NCBI GenBank assembly: GCA_965644295.1
Contig: CBFFRP010000433.1
Span: forward strand, 248,001 to 312,000
DNA length: 64,000 bases
Source: Paraphysomonas bandaiensis
Taxonomy: Eukaryota; Protista; Chrysophyceae
Direction: 5' to 3'
Program-made: the position numbers and the translations under genes
Shown here: positions 11,889 to 23,499 of the stretch, piece after piece
Layout: the number at the start of each line of letters is the position of its first letter
How positions within the stretch are numbered: position 1 is the first letter of the stretch
The notes under the pieces: generated by a model
The model's database searches: none
What the model saw: only the letters and a program-made list of their open reading frames with translations
What the model was told of the DNA's origin: nothing

Positions 11889-12941
11889 TTAAGCATCAAA
11901 CTCCTTGTCTCTATTGCTGACGTCCAGGATCCTAATGCATGAGTCTCCACCACCGATGGCGACTTTCTCATTGTCAGGGGAGAAGTCCACACTGAATATA
12001 CCTCTCGTGAGCCCAGTCACTGTTCCAACCACCGCATTGTTGTTAATATGGTCAAACACTTTCGCCTCGTTCGCTCCACTTCCTCCAGCCATTAAAAATC
12101 TTCCTTGTCCCTCCTTAGAGAACTGAGCTGCGTAAAGCATGCAAGACGGTCCAGAGGACATTCGCGACGAGCTCCATGGCACCTCACCGATGCGCTTGCC
12201 AGTCCCGAAGTCCCACAGCTCCAGCTGATGCTGCGGTCGCCAGGATCCAGACAAAATCTCGTTGCGGAAAAGGTCAAGAGAATCCCCACATATGTGAGGA
12301 CCATAGATACTGCGCACAGCGTGACCCTCACGAATGTCCCAAATTTGGATGGTATTATCCCAACCCCCCGATATAACCACATTCTCATCAGAAGTGTACT
12401 TCACAGAGAAAATGCGGTTAGAATGTCCCGGAGAGGTCTTGACAGAGTACCCCACACCGCCTTGCATCGTCACAATATTCGTTTTAGTTGCCTCATCATA
12501 CACGCGAACTGCCGTGTCTTTGCCAGCTGTAACAAATTTCGTGCCTTCATCATTGTAGTCCAACGCATAGACTTGATTCTGTTCATCTTCAAAAGAATGT
12601 AAACATTTTCCTGATGTCATATGCCAGTGCTGAACAGCACCAGCAGCATTCGCAGCAAGAAACACATTCTTTGTTCGTGTTGATGGAGTGATGGGTCGGA
12701 ATCGAATAGCAGTTGTTGGTAGAGCAACATTCGATCCTCCTTCAAGATTATAGGCAATTTTACCATTTGATACATTAAAAACACGTATACCCCCATCACC
12801 ACATCCTGCTGCAAGAAATTTTCCATCAGGTGAAAATCTTACACAGAATACTTCAGATGTATTATCACTGATAGTGACACGAGGAATTAATCTATAATCC
12901 GTTTCTGCTGTAACACTCCGTTGATGTTTTTCTTCACTCAT
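11889..12941 (-). CDS. WD40-repeat beta-propeller protein (350 aa, intronless)
   Basis: Repeated WD motifs: VRFSPDGKFLA, GHSNRIFSV...SGGWDNTIQIWD, VDFSPDNEKVAIGGGD. Confidence 0.92.
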   Translation of the reverse strand: MSEEKHQRSVTAETDYRLIPRVTISDNTSEVFCVRFSPDGKFLAAGCGDGGIRVFNVSNGKIAYNLEGGSNVALPTTAIRFRPITPSTRTKNVFLAANAAGAVQHWHMTSGKCLHSFEDEQNQVYALDYNDEGTKFVTAGKDTAVRVYDEATKTNIVTMQGGVGYSVKTSPGHSNRIFSVKYTSDENVVISGGWDNTIQIWDIREGHAVRSIYGPHICGDSLDLFRNEILSGSWRPQHQLELWDFGTGKRIGEVPWSSSRMSSGPSCMLYAAQFSKEGQGRFLMAGGSGANEAKVFDHINNNAVVGTVTGLTRGIFSVDFSPDNEKVAIGGGDSCIRILDVSNRDKEFDA

Positions 12942-13457
12942 GATTTTATTATTATTTAATTAATATTTTATTAATTTAATTAATTTGATTGTTTCAATTT
13001 CATTCTACATGATTATCTATAAGTTAACTACATCAGCTAGGACACGTAGAGATGTAGTAGAGCTATATGTAGTATGTATATATGTATGTAGTGTGTGTGT
13101 ATGTATGTATGTAGTGTAGTCTTTGTCGTATGACACTTGCAGAGAAGCTACTTGAAATACCTGCAGAAGTTGAACCAGAATATATATCCTCACCATCAGC
13201 AAACAAGATAAACACACAAGATATACTATATACATCCTCACCATCAGCAAGCAAGACATATAGTCAAGTGTCTCGTGTATACAGTGTATCAGCGTATCAG
13301 TATATTGTACCAGTAGAATTACACTGTTAATTTCAGTCATTCTAAATTTCTATTTGAATAGCAAGTCAACACACCTCAGTTACAAGTATATACATATACA
13401 ATCCACAATAGTATTACTTTTACTATTTACGTTATCATAACTAGAAAAAATATTGTA

Positions 13458-14232
13458 ATGAGTTCAAGTTTAATTGGACTTGCTAACGCAGCAGCTGCTC
13501 AAACAAAGGAAGAAGATAAAGTTGAAAAACCGTAAGATTTAATATCAGCAACTGCTCTGTTCTTTGACCAAAGAATCATATTAATAATCTAGGGAGTTCC
13601 CACTTCGAACTGCTAGTATGCCTATATTAAAGAGGGATTCGAGTGCTGTACTTGGAGTTTCACAGCAGCATGTACAGGCCAAGTAAGTGATTCAGATCCT
13701 GACTCTTTGTTTTGATATTTTGATGCAGAACGGATTGGAGACTTTTTCTGACAGGTGTTGTACTATGATACTCTATCACTTATCCTAAAGTATTCTACAG
13801 TGGAAGAGAGAAAGCTTATACGAAGCAAAATTTCATGCGCATATGAAGGCAAGGTTAAAACCTACGATGAATTGTTGCAGGTAGTTTGAAAATTAATATC
13901 GTACTGTGCATTTCATTAGAAATTGTGCCTAGATGTGCAGTGCAATAGAAGAGGAGTTAGTCTTTATTTCTGCACCGTCAAGGTTGGACTACTTTAAGAC
14001 AGGACTGCAGGTAATATTACCATTATCTGTATGGTCAGTTAATATGTATATGTAGTATGAGAAACGTGTTATGGAAAAGAAGAAGCAGTTGAGTGGCAGT
14101 ACAGCTATAACGAATGTTCCCCCAGAAGCTTCTGCTTCTCCCGCAGTGAAATCGTCTTGTCCCTCCCCTGGCACACAGCCTCCCACGGAGACAGAAGAGA
14201 GAGCAGCCAAAAGGATTAAGACTTCAGAGTAA
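13458..14232 (+). CDS. Small KIX-domain (Med15/KIX_2-like) protein, 6 exons
   Basis: Not in the ORF track. Spliced: MSSSLIGLANAAAAQ...TDWRLFLTVEERKLIRSKISCAY...MCSAIEEELVFISAPSRLDYFKTGLQYEKRV...KRIKTSE*. The DWR..EER..I / IEE..F..A.SR.DY pattern resembles KIX. Confidence 0.7.
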
Positions 14233-14652
14233 TGTGCTACTCAGTTTTCCACTGCAGCATTTTCTTTGGATATATTGTGGGATGGTTTTTTGTGTTATTG
14301 AGTTATCTTGTATATCACTGAAGATGGCTTTGAAGGTGTTTAATAATGTATGTTTAGGCTTAATACTATACTATACAGGTTTCTGATAACTCTCATGCAT
14401 TAAAAGTGCATTCTTGTGCATGAGGAATAATAATATTTATCTCCACACCCCAGTGTCAGTAAGATTAATATATACGTATCCAATATCACCCTATAGAATA
14501 CCTGTGTAAGGTTTGATAATTCAAATATTCAAATCTACATGTGATATGGAAATAACCAGCTTGACTGAAAGCTGAAAGAGTATATATGTATACAGTATAC
14601 ACTGCATACCATAGCTTGGGAAATATATATGTATGACAATGTATATACTGGT

Positions 14653-14787
14653 ATACAAGAAATGCTCATCATATTTCAATGTAACACTTTATAGAAGTAC
14701 GACATCCCAGGAAAGAATGGCATACAAGAAATGTTCATCATATTTCAATGTAACACTTTATAGAAGTACGACATCCAAGGAAAGAAG
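14653..14787. repeat. Tandem duplication, 2 x 69 bp
   Basis: atacaagaaatg(c/t)tcatcatatttcaatgtaacactttatagaagtacgacatcc(c/a)aggaaagaa occurs twice. Confidence 0.9.
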
Positions 14788-15030
14788 GACTAGGTTTATG
14801 AAATTTAACATGCTAAAACTGTTTTAGTGGTGAATAGTTATTGGCTTATTAGCTTAATAATGTGTGTAAAATGAAATGTAAAACATAATGAAGTACAGCT
14901 CGCAGAATTGACATCACAGATACTCAAGCTACGAGCCAACGGATCCACTTACCACTTACAATAATCACATATATACTTTGCTCAGTAACATAGTTTCTAA
15001 ATTATATAAAAAAAAGTTGACAGGTAGTAA

Positions 15031-16083
15031 TCAACTGCACGTCTCTTGCGAAGTACACATGTCAGCATCATTGAGGGCCCTCTCAATGATAATTCTATGC
15101 CCTATTGAAACACCGATAACAATGTAATCTTGTGCAGAAAGATCCCGAAGCATATCATACTCGATATTGTGCTCCGTAAAATTTTTTGTATAACCCTCCA
15201 GTCCTTGTGATGCTAAAAATTCCCTCAGTTTTCTACAACTGCCACGGGGTAGGTTTCCTTTTGACGGGCTGCAACCATCGGAATGAACCGTAGGTAGAGA
15301 ACTATCAGGCAATACTTGGCTACTTGGCAGCGACGACATTAGAAGTTGTAACTCTGTTGAGGCTGTATTCTGTAGAGAAGTGTCGCGTGGGTTGAGGGAA
15401 CACATCAGGATAGGGTTTGAGCTTTTCATAATAGCCCCTCCCAAAGGACCGAAACGACAAACATACAGAGCAGAGAGGCAGATAGGAGCTGCAGCCACAA
15501 CCAGGTTGAACGGGTAAGGGTACATGATCAGTGGCCAGCTTAACAGTGATGCAGCGAACAAGTAGAAAGCAAGAGAATGTATACGGAAAGAAGTAACAAG
15601 CACATCAACTCTTGATGACATCCAGACCTGGAAGATGGCATCACCAATCTGAGCAAACGAACACACCCATATTATATTGTTGACAAGAGATATCAGCTGT
15701 ACATTGGCTGTAATAAAAAACAACGATACCAGATAACACTGTTCCCAACCCATATCATTTCCAGTGAAAGTTTCGCTCAATATAGGTGTGCATATTATAG
15801 TAACAAGTAAGGCCTCAACTAATATATGCAGCCCAAATTCTTCCATCACGATACTCTTAAGCCCCGGTCCACTAAATAAAATTAATTGTATGATTCGCTT
15901 CTTAAAGATAAATGGTGGGTATATAACAGGAAGGTACTTCCACAATGCCATATCAGCATCACTCTGTTGTATCTGACTAAACTCATTAATCAATTCCTCT
16001 GTAAGAAGTCGTGAATCATCTGAATTTGTAGTAGGATTTGCAGCACGTATGCTATGTTTCCTAAATAAATTGGTTCGACGCAT
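15031..16083 (-). CDS. Four-TM membrane protein with C-terminal SAM domain
   Basis: 350-aa intronless ORF with four hydrophobic segments. The C-terminal LREFLASQGLEGYTKNFTEHNIEYDMLRDLSAQDYIVIGVSIGHRIIIERAL fits the SAM consensus. Confidence 0.8.
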   Translation of the reverse strand: MRRTNLFRKHSIRAANPTTNSDDSRLLTEELINEFSQIQQSDADMALWKYLPVIYPPFIFKKRIIQLILFSGPGLKSIVMEEFGLHILVEALLVTIICTPILSETFTGNDMGWEQCYLVSLFFITANVQLISLVNNIIWVCSFAQIGDAIFQVWMSSRVDVLVTSFRIHSLAFYLFAASLLSWPLIMYPYPFNLVVAAAPICLSALYVCRFGPLGGAIMKSSNPILMCSLNPRDTSLQNTASTELQLLMSSLPSSQVLPDSSLPTVHSDGCSPSKGNLPRGSCRKLREFLASQGLEGYTKNFTEHNIEYDMLRDLSAQDYIVIGVSIGHRIIIERALNDADMCTSQETCS

Positions 16084-16516
16084 TATGATGCTGTACTACT
16101 AACTGCAGCTCATCCCTCTCAACTGACAGCACTTTATAATGAATAATTATAAGATTTAAATTCTAATTTTATCAATGAATCTCTTTAAGTTTTATCTGTT
16201 AACTTCTACAGACATTTATAGAATAACAAGTACAGAATATAACACGATCTCTGATTAATATGCATATCTCATATCTATGAGCATATATATTGTGCGTGGA
16301 CAATGATCCACTGCCGGACTATAGAAGATAACAGCACTTTCCTGTGTCAAAATGCCTATTTATTAGTAGAAAAGTGCACTTTTATAGGGGATTTTTAGTT
16401 CATTATAATGTCTAGATGTGTGCTGTATTTATTAAGGAGGGGGAAAACACACACATATATCCACTCTACCATAACTCTGTGTGCTGATCACTTCTAATTA
16501 AACTTAATATGTACTT

Positions 16517-17879
16517 ATGACATCATTCTTACTTGTATCTTCTATATGTGGTCAAGTGTTATCCTCTGTATCTGCGTGTTCCAGGCATCATCTGGTGGCC
16601 ATAGGGAAGGTCGCAGCTAGCTTTGCTAGGACTGTTCCACGGTATGAATGTATACATATGTAGACATCATTAACGATATGGTTTATTATCATAAACTCAG
16701 ATCACAATTTTTTGAGATTCAACTTTTGAATCAGATATTTGTCGGGCGCACTTTATCAGTAAATCATGATTTTATTCTCATGTTGTCTACTGAGGATTGC
16801 GTAGGAAAACATGAGGCTAGATTGGTACTGATATGTGTGGTATATCTTGTTTATAGTGTATTAACATTTCACTCATAGAAATTGTTTCTTGTGGATCACA
16901 TGTTGGGCATTCTTTTCTCTAGAGCTCTGACCTCTATTGGTAAAGAGATTGAAGGTGATGTTTTGTCGGGATTACAAAGCAGCACATTCACTGATACCGT
17001 TAACTGCGAGGACTCCAAAGAAGATTTTTTTAGGGATACGTTTGAAGTATTTGAGGTTAGCTGCTAATAATGTGGTTATTTTATGTTACAACTTGTAGGA
17101 TCACTACGTGAGACCGCTACTGAGCATGACACTAAAATCACTTCCTTGGATTGCACCGGTAATAAATAGCCTCCCCCCATCCAGTAGCGCAGATAGTAAC
17201 TGGAAGGGACAGTGGTTTTTATGTGTATCTCAAGCTGATGATAAATCAAATTCACTATGCTGTCTACCGTTGGAGAGATCACGCCCTTCACCCAGCAATC
17301 ACACTATGCTAATATTGCAAACCTACCGATGTATGTACGAGCACAAAGAGAACCCCACCACTTTTAGGGATTGTGTTTTCATTAAAAGAAATGAATGCGG
17401 TTTAGAGTTATGCAGTACGTTATCGACTCGGAGGACTGCAACGTTAATATCATCCCTACATGTATGTGTCGTGGAGTTTTTATTTTGTATCTGAACTTCT
17501 TTTATTGCAGCTTCAAGGGTACTACTTGGTTATTCAGTTACCGGAGGAGTTAATTATTTCCGAGAAAGAAGATAACCTCGTGCACACATGTACCCTAGGT
17601 TTAGAAGTACGTACAATGGATATCCTGCATCCCCGCTTTTGTGAGGCTTGGAAGGCCTGCGTGCATAGGCTGAAATTGTACATGCCGGATAGTGCTGAAC
17701 AACCCGAACCTGGCGAATTTTACTCCGTGGATTTTGTATCATCCCTTCTTTTGCGTGATGCCCCTTCTTCGTCTACACCTGGCGGACTCAGCCCTGCCCC
17801 ACCACCAGCTGATAATATAAACAGAAGTGCAGATAGACGGTTGAGTAATGGGCGAATGTTTCGACCAGGTTTACGATAG
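16517..17879 (+). CDS. Hypothetical protein, about 5 exons
   Basis: ORF pieces join in frame across short GT-AG introns (MTSFLLVSS...TVPR|SQFFEIQ...ARL|KLFLVDH...VFE|DHYVRP...SLH|LQGYYL...PGLR*). Confidence 0.65.
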
Positions 17880-17989
17880 TACTTCTTGGATTTGTTTGTG
17901 AGTCGATTTATTGATATGTATCGTGGTGTATATAATGTAGCTGCTTTAGAGCGATACATACTATTATGGTAGTATATATCCCTCTTGCA

Positions 17990-20900
17990 TATTGACTAAA
18001 GACCATTTTCAGATGATTAAGATCGTTGTAAGAGAAGTTTAAGTTAGTCAAACTAGATAGATTACTTTATTATGATTGTATACACAATTGTGTGTGTTGT
18101 CATGTAGCACATGTCAACAACATGATAAATTATTTCGTTCATGTTAACCACTGCTCAACTTCCGTATCTTGAATCGTCATGATATAATACTTCAGTTTCA
18201 CAGTTATAGCTATATAGCACCTTTTGACTATTGACTACGTATTACTGTTTTTCACATTGTATTTAACGTATTCTACAGTACTATCTTAGAGAACCATACG
18301 TATTCCAACACTCCTCCTCAATGTAGAAACGAGTAATCGTCATTATACTGCAGCTATATATATCATCTAGTCATCTTAGGATAAAACGGATGTGAAAATC
18401 TTCATAAAGATACTGTGAACATCACACTTCGCTGTAACACAGTTATGTGGGATTCTTACCCACTAAAAACACACCCTTAACCTTTCTTGAACCGCTTCTT
18501 CTGATTCTTCTCAACTTCATTTGAAATGCTCCTCTTTTCCCCTGTGATAGTTTCTTCATGGAGTTTAAAGAGCTTTGTAGATAACGCTTTTGTAAATATG
18601 TCGGCCGCCATATCCTTAGTCGATACATGAATCAATCTGGCTGTAGGAAACCTTCCATTTACGTGTTCCCGAACCCAGTGGTACTTTATCTGAATATGTT
18701 TTGATCTTTTGTGATAGACTGGATTTTCTGACAGATCTTTTGCACTCTTGCTGTCCATGAAGAATGGGGTTGGCTTCGTCAATGCGAGTCCTAGCTCTCG
18801 TAACACCCCCCGTAGCCACACCAGTTCTTGCATGGCCGCATATTCAGCCATATACTCGGACTCCATACTGGAAGTTGCAACTGTAGTCTGCAGTTTGGAC
18901 TGCCATGCGATTGCTCCAGCACATAAGAATACAATATAACCGGTAGTTGAACGTCTCGTTAGTATATCACCTGCCCAGTCCGCATCACTAAATACATGTA
19001 AATCAAACTTACTCCCACTGAATTTGATTCCTTTGCTGGTGGTGCCTCTCAAATATTTCAATAAATGAATAGCTAAACGACACGATGCGTATGTAGGATT
19101 ACTGCTGTATCTCGATAGTAATCCGATTGCATAGGCGAGATCTGGTCTTGTGTGGAGTGCGAGATACAGGATTGCTCCAATAATACTACGATACGGAAAT
19201 TTTGAGACCCAGTCCTCCTGTTCTGATGTAAGTTCCCGTTCTGCAGCTAGTAGTTCTTGTGCATTTGATGGCAACGGAGCTTCCTTATTCTTTCTACTGT
19301 TTCCCATGACATGGTTGAATTTCTGAATCACTTTCTCCGCATACTGTGATTGATCTAGTTTGAACCAGTCTTCGCCTCTCGTGATTCGAATATTTAGGAA
19401 ACTTTGGCACTCTCCCATGTCCCTCATTTCAAACGTTTGGCAGAACTTGTTCTTGACAAAAACAAGGAATTCAAAATCCACAGATGCGATTATGATGTCA
19501 TCTACATACAGGAGTAATAACGTAAGTTTGCCTTGGTGCCAACGATAATATAAGCAGGTATCTAACACGCATGATCTAAACTGCATTGACTTTATGAATT
19601 TATCGATGTGGCGATTCCACTGACGCGGTGAGGCTCGTAAACCATATAGTGCTTTGATGAGTTTAAAACACCATCCATTGCTGAGCTCCTCATCTGGAGG
19701 TGGGTACATGTAGACATCTTCATCTAAATTTGCATAACAAAATGCAGAACTGACATCAAGCTGGTGTACATGCATATGGAACATAAAAGCAATTGCAATC
19801 ACGAGCCTGATAGTTATCCCTTTGACAACCGGTGCAAATGTAGATGGCTCCTCCTCAGTTTTCTCCTGAAGATTTCCTAGTGCGACTAGTCGAGCTTTAT
19901 ACTTCTGTATGTTGCCTAGTATGTCACGCTTGAGTTTGTGAACATACTTACATCTGATTAATTTGACCCCAGATGGTCGACGTACTATCTTCAAAACGCC
20001 TCTTCGTAAAAGAGCTTTCTTCTCTATTCGTCTGGCTGTTCTCCATTCTTCCGCTTGAGGGGACCTCTCCGCCTCTAGAAAACTGTTCGGTTCATGGACG
20101 TGTTTATTCTCAGTACTCTCCTCTGAATCCATGACATTTACATCGGCATCCATTACCTCTATCATGTTAATTTCTCCTAACACTGAAGCATTAGCTAGCC
20201 TCCTCCGTAAACGCTTACGTTTCTCTGCATCCCTTTTAGATACTCTCTGTAGGGTATTAGTACTGTTAGAATTTATAGTATCAGTATATTCAGGTACTCC
20301 CTGTTTTACTGCTCGATCAGGTTCTCCCTGAGCTGCATCTGCATCAAGTACTCCTTGAGTCATATCTTCATCAGGTGCTCCCTGACTAATACCATGGTTA
20401 ACTAGCTGCTCCTGATGGCTCTCAGGTGCTGGGATAGTGGACGTACTCCGTCCATCAGTGGTACTAGAAGCGTCCCTCGTTCCCGTATATCCCGTGTATC
20501 CAGGCGTATTCCTTGTCATTACCTGAACATCTTCTATATGTATGGGTACCTTCTGCTCAATGTGGGTTCTCCCCGCAGTTACAAGTGACCGATAACCAAC
20601 AATGACACCCTTTCTTTCTACCACTCTGGTGGTCTTGTACAACAGCCCGTCTTCATCGTCTATGTGAAAAGTCTTCACGAGATGCTGATAATCATTCACC
20701 GTCTTTGGTCTAGGTGCTGTTCGTACTCGAAGAGCGTCGATTTCTGCGTAATATTCTTCGGTGCGGGAAGGTATACTCTCATCTGTGAGTATGTGTACAC
20801 ACGTAATTACCTTATCGGTTGCTGGGAGATACACCTGGTATCCAACTTTATCTTCCGAATATCCCACTAGGTATCCAATCTTTGATTTATCGTCCCAGTC

Positions 20901-23499
20901 CTTTCGCCTGTCCGCCTTAGGTGTCAATATATAAGTTTTGCACCCCCATACTCTAAAATATTTCAAACTGGGTGGCTGACCCGTGACATACTCATATGGG
21001 GACATGTATCCTCTGTCCGTCCTTGTAGGGAGTCTGATCAGTGTATAGCGAGCAGCATGATACGCGTCTAACCAGAATGGAACCGGTAGGCCTGACTGCA
21101 ACAACATCGCCAACGCCATCTCTGATGCAGTCCTGAATTTTCGCTCCTCTACTGCATTCATTTCCGGACTATCTGTTGAAGACCAAGTATGTTTGTAGCA
21201 GCCTTGTGATCTCAAATAGCTCCTAAGTTCTTGATTTATGAGTTCTCCAGCTCCATCAGCGTGGTAGTGGTCCACTCTCAGCTTATATTGCCTAATCTCT
21301 CCTTCGAACACCTCTCTAAAAAACTGAATCACTTCTTCTTTAGTACGCTGGTTTACGCCTTTTACCCAGAACATCCTACTCGGGTGATGAGTTAGTTTGA
21401 TCACGTAGCGCTCATCACCTCGAGCGGGAGTATTCAGAAATACTTGCACATCAGCCGATATGTCCGGCTTGACATCCGTATCCTCCTTTGTGTGAAACGA
21501 AACTCTCGTAATCTTTGATCTGGCACATATGCTACAGAGACAAGATTTTTTTAATGCAGTCTTCGATAGGTGCTTCCTCTGCAGATTTGAGCCCGTGAAC
21601 AACATCCTTCTATGTGCCTCCGTTAGAGCCCCTTTGTTGAAATGGCCCATTCTCCTATGCAGCAGTTCCAGCTCGTCCTCACCAGTCCTATCGCTAAGAT
21701 TTACTTCACAATTACTCGGTGTAGACACATCTGGAAGCTCCAACAGCTGCTGAGTTGGAACTGCAGTCATTCCATTTTTCATGGGTCCCTCCAGTACCAG
21801 CTCACCGGTATTACAGTCATAAATTTGGATCCCATACCACACCGTGAATCGATAGCCCATTTCGTTCAGCTTACGTCCGGAGCACAGGCATCGATTGATC
21901 TGATCTGAAATTTCTATGTCTCTCCATGCTCCACGGGAACCCACACTTGTGATATGAATCTCTGATCCCTTCTTAGATCCGTTTATCACCTTTGATGTAT
22001 TCATATGAGTGTCAAGCATGGTCACATCATTCATCAAGAACATTGATGATGAACAGCATGTATCTATGTATGTATAGTGTTCAGCAGTACCAATCATACA
22101 ACATGTGTCACTTTTATCATATATATCAACAGCACAGTCATAAAGCATATTCGCTTCGGACTCCGAGTCAGACTCGGTTCCTCCTCTGCGGATATTCTCG
22201 AATGTGAAAACCTTCCCAGATTTCTGGGGTTTCTTGGTCTTTCCAGTCGAATTTCGGGGACATTCGTTCGCGCGATGGTTTTTGGATTTGCATACTCTGC
22301 ATCCTGTATATTCCTTACTGCCCGGTCTTTGTCCCTTCGTTTCCCCCTTTTTCTTCCTACATTGTTCTGTATTATGATTGTGTATTATACCTTTCTTCGA
22401 GCAATAAGTGCACTTCCTCTTTGTAGATACTCTCTCTTTCTTTCGAGGCTTTTCAATATGATTCAGCTCCTCCGTGCTCTTGCGCTTCTTCTCTATGATT
22501 TTCCTCCCATACTTGGTGTCGTCGAACTGTTCGATACGTTTGGATAGCAATTCATATGGTACATCATCGGGCATTAAATACAGGGCATAATTCAAACCGT
22601 CATATTCATCACTGATAATTCCCTCCTTCAGCCTACTAATTTTTGATTCTTCCGTTACCGTTTGGTTATGCGCCTGAAGTTCACGAAGAAGCAGCTCAAA
22701 ACGCAGTACATACTCTTTCGCGGTCTCCCCTGGCTTCATCTCGAATGATCCAAACTGAGCAAGCAGAGCACTAATCTTGTTTTGTGTTCCCCCTTCAAAA
22801 CACGATTTAAGAGTGCTAACCATCTCTCTGGCGCTGAACTTATTAACTCTTCCTTCAGCTGCCTTGAACTCCTTGTGCTTCAGATGAAACTTCTGCAGCG
22901 CCTTCGGAGATCGCTTCACCGCCTCTCTGCAGTATGAGTAGGCAATTGCATTCGCCTTCCAATACTTGTCCACCGCTTCTTTGTAGGACTTGGTCTCAAG
23001 ACTATTCAGGGGTTGAATTCCGAAATCCTCTTCCTCTGGTGGCCTTTCTAGAGCCACCTCACTCTGCTCCTTTCTCATAAGGAACGTCTCAAAGTCTTCG
23101 ATCCATTGTTCAACGTTGCTCTCGTCGAACCATGGAACATCAGCTCTATCCTCCTTCTCTCCTCCGCATTCGCTACCATATTGACTAAAGACCATTTTCA
23201 GATGATTAAGATCGTTGTAAGAGAAGTTTAAGTTAGTCAAACTAGATAGATTACTTTATTATGATTGTATACACAATTGTGTGTGTTGTCATGTAGCACA
23301 TGTCAACAACATGATAAATTATTTCGTTCATGTTAACCACTGCTCAACTTCCGTATCTTGAATCGTCATGATATAATACTTCAGTTTCACAGTTATAGCT
23401 ATATAGCACCTTTTGACTATTGACTACGTATTACTGTTTTTCACATTGTATTTAACGTATTCTACAGTACTATCTTAGAGAACCATACGTATTCCAACA
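17990..23499 (-). mobile_element. Full-length, apparently intact Ty1/copia LTR retrotransposon (5.5 kb)
   Basis: 321-bp LTRs at 17990-18310 and 23179-23499, identical by eye. TSD TTGCA (17985-17989, 23500-23504). PBS TGGTAGCG directly after the 5' LTR and PPT GAGGAGGAG before the 3' LTR. Confidence 0.98.
18477..23195 (-). CDS. Copia Gag-Pol polyprotein (Gag, 2 zinc knuckles, PR, INT, RT, RNase H), about 1572 aa
   Basis: Uninterrupted ORF in copia order: YIDTCCS (PR), HRRMGH..CSIC (INT HHCC), HADG/EERK (DDE), YKARLVA, QLDV, YGL, LYVDD (RT), FSDADWAG and KHI (RNase H). First ATG at 23195. Confidence 0.97.
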   Translation of the reverse strand: MVFSQYGSECGGEKEDRADVPWFDESNVEQWIEDFETFLMRKEQSEVALERPPEEEDFGIQPLNSLETKSYKEAVDKYWKANAIAYSYCREAVKRSPKALQKFHLKHKEFKAAEGRVNKFSAREMVSTLKSCFEGGTQNKISALLAQFGSFEMKPGETAKEYVLRFELLLRELQAHNQTVTEESKISRLKEGIISDEYDGLNYALYLMPDDVPYELLSKRIEQFDDTKYGRKIIEKKRKSTEELNHIEKPRKKERVSTKRKCTYCSKKGIIHNHNTEQCRKKKGETKGQRPGSKEYTGCRVCKSKNHRANECPRNSTGKTKKPQKSGKVFTFENIRRGGTESDSESEANMLYDCAVDIYDKSDTCCMIGTAEHYTYIDTCCSSSMFLMNDVTMLDTHMNTSKVINGSKKGSEIHITSVGSRGAWRDIEISDQINRCLCSGRKLNEMGYRFTVWYGIQIYDCNTGELVLEGPMKNGMTAVPTQQLLELPDVSTPSNCEVNLSDRTGEDELELLHRRMGHFNKGALTEAHRRMLFTGSNLQRKHLSKTALKKSCLCSICARSKITRVSFHTKEDTDVKPDISADVQVFLNTPARGDERYVIKLTHHPSRMFWVKGVNQRTKEEVIQFFREVFEGEIRQYKLRVDHYHADGAGELINQELRSYLRSQGCYKHTWSSTDSPEMNAVEERKFRTASEMALAMLLQSGLPVPFWLDAYHAARYTLIRLPTRTDRGYMSPYEYVTGQPPSLKYFRVWGCKTYILTPKADRRKDWDDKSKIGYLVGYSEDKVGYQVYLPATDKVITCVHILTDESIPSRTEEYYAEIDALRVRTAPRPKTVNDYQHLVKTFHIDDEDGLLYKTTRVVERKGVIVGYRSLVTAGRTHIEQKVPIHIEDVQVMTRNTPGYTGYTGTRDASSTTDGRSTSTIPAPESHQEQLVNHGISQGAPDEDMTQGVLDADAAQGEPDRAVKQGVPEYTDTINSNSTNTLQRVSKRDAEKRKRLRRRLANASVLGEINMIEVMDADVNVMDSEESTENKHVHEPNSFLEAERSPQAEEWRTARRIEKKALLRRGVLKIVRRPSGVKLIRCKYVHKLKRDILGNIQKYKARLVALGNLQEKTEEEPSTFAPVVKGITIRLVIAIAFMFHMHVHQLDVSSAFCYANLDEDVYMYPPPDEELSNGWCFKLIKALYGLRASPRQWNRHIDKFIKSMQFRSCVLDTCLYYRWHQGKLTLLLLYVDDIIIASVDFEFLVFVKNKFCQTFEMRDMGECQSFLNIRITRGEDWFKLDQSQYAEKVIQKFNHVMGNSRKNKEAPLPSNAQELLAAERELTSEQEDWVSKFPYRSIIGAILYLALHTRPDLAYAIGLLSRYSSNPTYASCRLAIHLLKYLRGTTSKGIKFSGSKFDLHVFSDADWAGDILTRRSTTGYIVFLCAGAIAWQSKLQTTVATSSMESEYMAEYAAMQELVWLRGVLRELGLALTKPTPFFMDSKSAKDLSENPVYHKRSKHIQIKYHWVREHVNGRFPTARLIHVSTKDMAADIFTKALSTKLFKLHEETITGEKRSISNEVEKNQKKRFKKG

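Noticed and set aside
14653-14787. 69-bp duplication containing ATGATGA (minus) as tandem C/D snoRNAs
   Set aside because: No paired D box (CTGA) or guide was seen; treated as a simple duplication.
23196-23240. ORF-track start of the copia polyprotein at 23240
   Set aside because: It is a TTG start inside the LTR; the first ATG is at 23195.
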